Positions 61,740-64,000 of a DNA stretch of 64,000 nt are shown here, piece after piece. The stretch lies in contig CAVVXI010000004.1 of assembly GCA_963752195.1 (NCBI GenBank), forward strand, positions 2,053,641 through 2,117,640. Reading direction: 5' to 3'. Under the pieces are notes generated by a model. It did not search any database. It had not been told where the DNA came from and was given only the letters and a program-made list of their open reading frames with translations. Position 1 is the stretch's first letter; each line of letters starts with the position of its first letter. Origin of the DNA: an uncultured Bacteroidales bacterium. GTDB lineage: Bacteria > Bacteroidota > Bacteroidia > Bacteroidales > UBA10428. The position numbers and the translations under genes are program-made.

Positions 61740-63155
61740 ATGCCCGGTATACCTGTTTCTCTCTCCTTGCTGCTGATCTTCTGCATCCTTTTAGCTCTGA
61801 CTTTTGAATTTATTAACGGTTTTCATGATACCGCAAATGCTGTAGCCACGGTTATCTATACACACGCCCTGAAACCGGGTACAGCAGTTGTCTGGTCAGG
61901 CATCTGGAATTTTATCGGGGTAAACGTAGGGGGAATTGCTGTTGCGATTGGCATCGTGAACCTTCTGCCTGTGGAAGCATTGACAGATACCAATATCCAG
62001 CATAACCTGGCAATGGTAATGGCCCTTTTGGTCACAGCTATAATCTGGAATATCGGAACCTGGTACCTGGGTATTCCCTGTTCCAGTTCCCACGCATTGA
62101 TCGGTTCAATTACCGGTGTGAGCCTGGCCTATATAATGCTTCCCGGAAACCATGCCATAACATTGAACTGGACAAAAGTGGCGGAGGCCGGATTGTCGCT
62201 CATAGTTTCTCCGATTGTTGGATTTGTTCTGGCCATGTTTTTTATGTATATCTTTAGTAAAACGGTCACCAACAAGGCGATTAATAAAGAAGCACCGGCA
62301 AAGAAGGCACCTCCGCTGTGGATCAGGTTAATATTAATTCTTTCAAGCACATTTGTCAGTTTCTCCCATGGGTCTAACGATGGCCAGAAAGGGGTGGGTC
62401 TGATGATGATTATTCTTATTGCTATCGTTCCAATGAAATTTTCCCTGAATCTCACCAGGGATCCGGCGCAGCTGAGGCATAATGTGGATAATCTGATCCG
62501 GCTGACTTCCGAATTGGATACTTCAACACTGACACCCGTTGAAAAGGATGCTTATTACCGGATCGGTATTAACCTTGATTCCCTCAATCGCAGGATGACC
62601 GGAGTAGGTACTTTTAAACAAATGGGCACAGCGGGATTAACAAATACGCGTAAGGATATTCTTATCTTGTCAAAACAGTCAGGCATGTTGAAATACAATC
62701 TGATGGGAGATAACAGAAATCCAATAACAAAAAAATGGATAACCGATTTTTCGGAACAGGTAAAGGAAATCCGTACTTATACAGAATATTCACCCTGGTG
62801 GGTCATTTTTATGATTTCAATTGCACTGGGGTTAGGAACCATGATCGGATGGAAAAGAATCGTGGTAACCATCGGTGAAAAAATAGGCAAAACCCACCTC
62901 ACTTATGCACAGGGGGCAATAGCGAATCTGATTGCAGCCGGTACTATATCGGCTTCCAGCGGATATGGAATGCCGGTAAGTACAACTCATGTGCTATCTT
63001 CGGGGATTGCAGGCAGTATGGTTTCCGGGAACGGGATAAAAAACCTGCAAAAGAAGACAATTGCATCTATTGGAATAGCCTGGATCATAACCATTCCGGC
63101 TACTGTTTTGATGGCAGGCCTGCTTTTTCTGCTTCTCAGGGTTTTGCTCGGATAA
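61740..63155 (+). CDS. Inorganic phosphate transporter, PiT family
   Basis: PiT signatures are GFHDTANAVATVIY at the N-terminus and a repeated C-terminal half (PVSTTHVLSSGIAGSM). A long central loop is present. Confidence 0.88.
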   Translation: MPGIPVSLSLLLIFCILLALTFEFINGFHDTANAVATVIYTHALKPGTAVVWSGIWNFIGVNVGGIAVAIGIVNLLPVEALTDTNIQHNLAMVMALLVTAIIWNIGTWYLGIPCSSSHALIGSITGVSLAYIMLPGNHAITLNWTKVAEAGLSLIVSPIVGFVLAMFFMYIFSKTVTNKAINKEAPAKKAPPLWIRLILILSSTFVSFSHGSNDGQKGVGLMMIILIAIVPMKFSLNLTRDPAQLRHNVDNLIRLTSELDTSTLTPVEKDAYYRIGINLDSLNRRMTGVGTFKQMGTAGLTNTRKDILILSKQSGMLKYNLMGDNRNPITKKWITDFSEQVKEIRTYTEYSPWWVIFMISIALGLGTMIGWKRIVVTIGEKIGKTHLTYAQGAIANLIAAGTISASSGYGMPVSTTHVLSSGIAGSMVSGNGIKNLQKKTIASIGIAWIITIPATVLMAGLLFLLLRVLLG

Positions 63156-63163
63156 TCCGCTGA

Positions 63164-64000
63164 TCAATAAAGTTTTATGGTTGCCAGTTTCTGCTCGTAT
63201 TTTTTAACCACCAGTTCCTGGGCTGCAATTTTCGTTTTTACATCCTCCTGAAGCGATTGTTGTTCCGGTATTTCCTTTTCCGCGTCTTTAATTGTCTTGT
63301 TTGCCTTTTTAATCTTTTTTTCTGCTGATTCGATATCCTTCCCGATTTTCTTTTTCCTCTTGTCCATATCCTTTATATATTTTTCCTTGTCATTTTTCAC
63401 CGGGCCTTCTGTCATTGAAGTAAACTGGATATTTTGATTGCTGATTTCCGAAACCAGGTTTTCAAGTTCCGAATTGAGCGCAGTAAGATTATCCTCCTCT
63501 TCCTTAATTGATTTCTCCGATGATTTTATGTCATCCTTCAGGTTTGATTCTTTTTTTTCATAATCCGACAGCTGTTTTTTCAACTGATGTAGCGTGTCTT
63601 CCTCTGCTTTTAGCTGTGAACTGGCCGTTTCAATATACTGATTTTTTGCAAAATCCTTGAGATAGTTTTGAAGCTTCAACATATCGGAAGATTGTTTTTC
63701 GATAAATATGTCTTTCTTCAGTTCAACTGCTGCACGCAACTCTACCAAAGAATCCAGATTAACCAGTTTACTGTAAATGTTTACTGGAGTAGCAGACAGG
63801 TTCTTGACATTTGCGCCAAAAATGGACCATTCCCCATTTTCTATAACCACCTTTGATCTGGTTTTTGTCTCAAGTTCATTCTTCCAGACCTTTTGCAGTT
63901 TCTCATAGTTGGCTTCCGGAACGGTTACTATAACTCCGGGGTATTTACTTTTACCATAATCAATGCTGTCTTCATAAACACGAATGGGTTGCTGTGAATA
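63164..64000 (-). CDS. Coiled-coil protein, 5'-truncated by the window edge
   Basis: The reading frame stays open from 63850 to base 64000 (50 more codons: YSQQPIRVYEDSIDYGKSKYPGVIVTVPEANYEKLQKVWKNELETKTRSK). The ORF-track GTG start is therefore probably internal. The C-terminal half is K/E-rich with heptad-like character. Confidence 0.6.
   Translation of the reverse strand, partial: YSQQPIRVYEDSIDYGKSKYPGVIVTVPEANYEKLQKVWKNELETKTRSKVVIENGEWSIFGANVKNLSATPVNIYSKLVNLDSLVELRAAVELKKDIFIEKQSSDMLKLQNYLKDFAKNQYIETASSQLKAEEDTLHQLKKQLSDYEKKESNLKDDIKSSEKSIKEEEDNLTALNSELENLVSEISNQNIQFTSMTEGPVKNDKEKYIKDMDKRKKKIGKDIESAEKKIKKANKTIKDAEKEIPEQQSLQEDVKTKIAAQELVVKKYEQKLATIKLY

Overview
This window is a Bacteroidota chromosomal segment. 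The evidence is T9SS type A and type B C-terminal sorting domains, a PorP/SprF gene, TAnnTTTG promoter boxes and the 16S sequence. Most genes are housekeeping: rlmH, nadC, pdxH, valS, pyrC, mfd, two aspartate kinases, an aminotransferase, a PiT phosphate transporter, a LolE-like permease and an MltF-like transglycosylase. A complete rRNA operon lies on the minus strand at about 30.2-36.0 kb, in the order 16S, tRNA-Ile, tRNA-Ala, 23S, 5S, terminator. The accessory content is mostly exported or T9SS cargo. It includes a type-B adhesin/PorP/PD40-PKD module (0.2-6.6 kb), a frameshifted DNRLRE-RCC1 cargo gene (14-16.5 kb) and a five-gene co-directional cluster (48.2-56.4 kb). That cluster encodes a clan GH-A-like hydrolase, a CBM9-like protein, two diverged DUF362-like paralogs with T9SS tails and a stand-alone Reg_prop propeller. 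I saw no transposase, integrase, CRISPR array or recognisable defence genes. Two things stand out. First, phased heptamer/octamer microsatellite blocks fill many spacers at gene 3' ends and inside the rRNA operon. They are often arranged as inverted arms, supply the last codons and stop codon of several genes, and include two 9-unit (CTGCAAAA) arrays about 19.5 kb apart. Second, the exported DUF362 cluster has an odd N-terminal architecture. Four homopolymer-linked frameshifts were found, three of them in one decayed serine-hydrolase-like gene. All product calls rest on motif recognition by eye. No database search, HMM, folding or statistics could be run.
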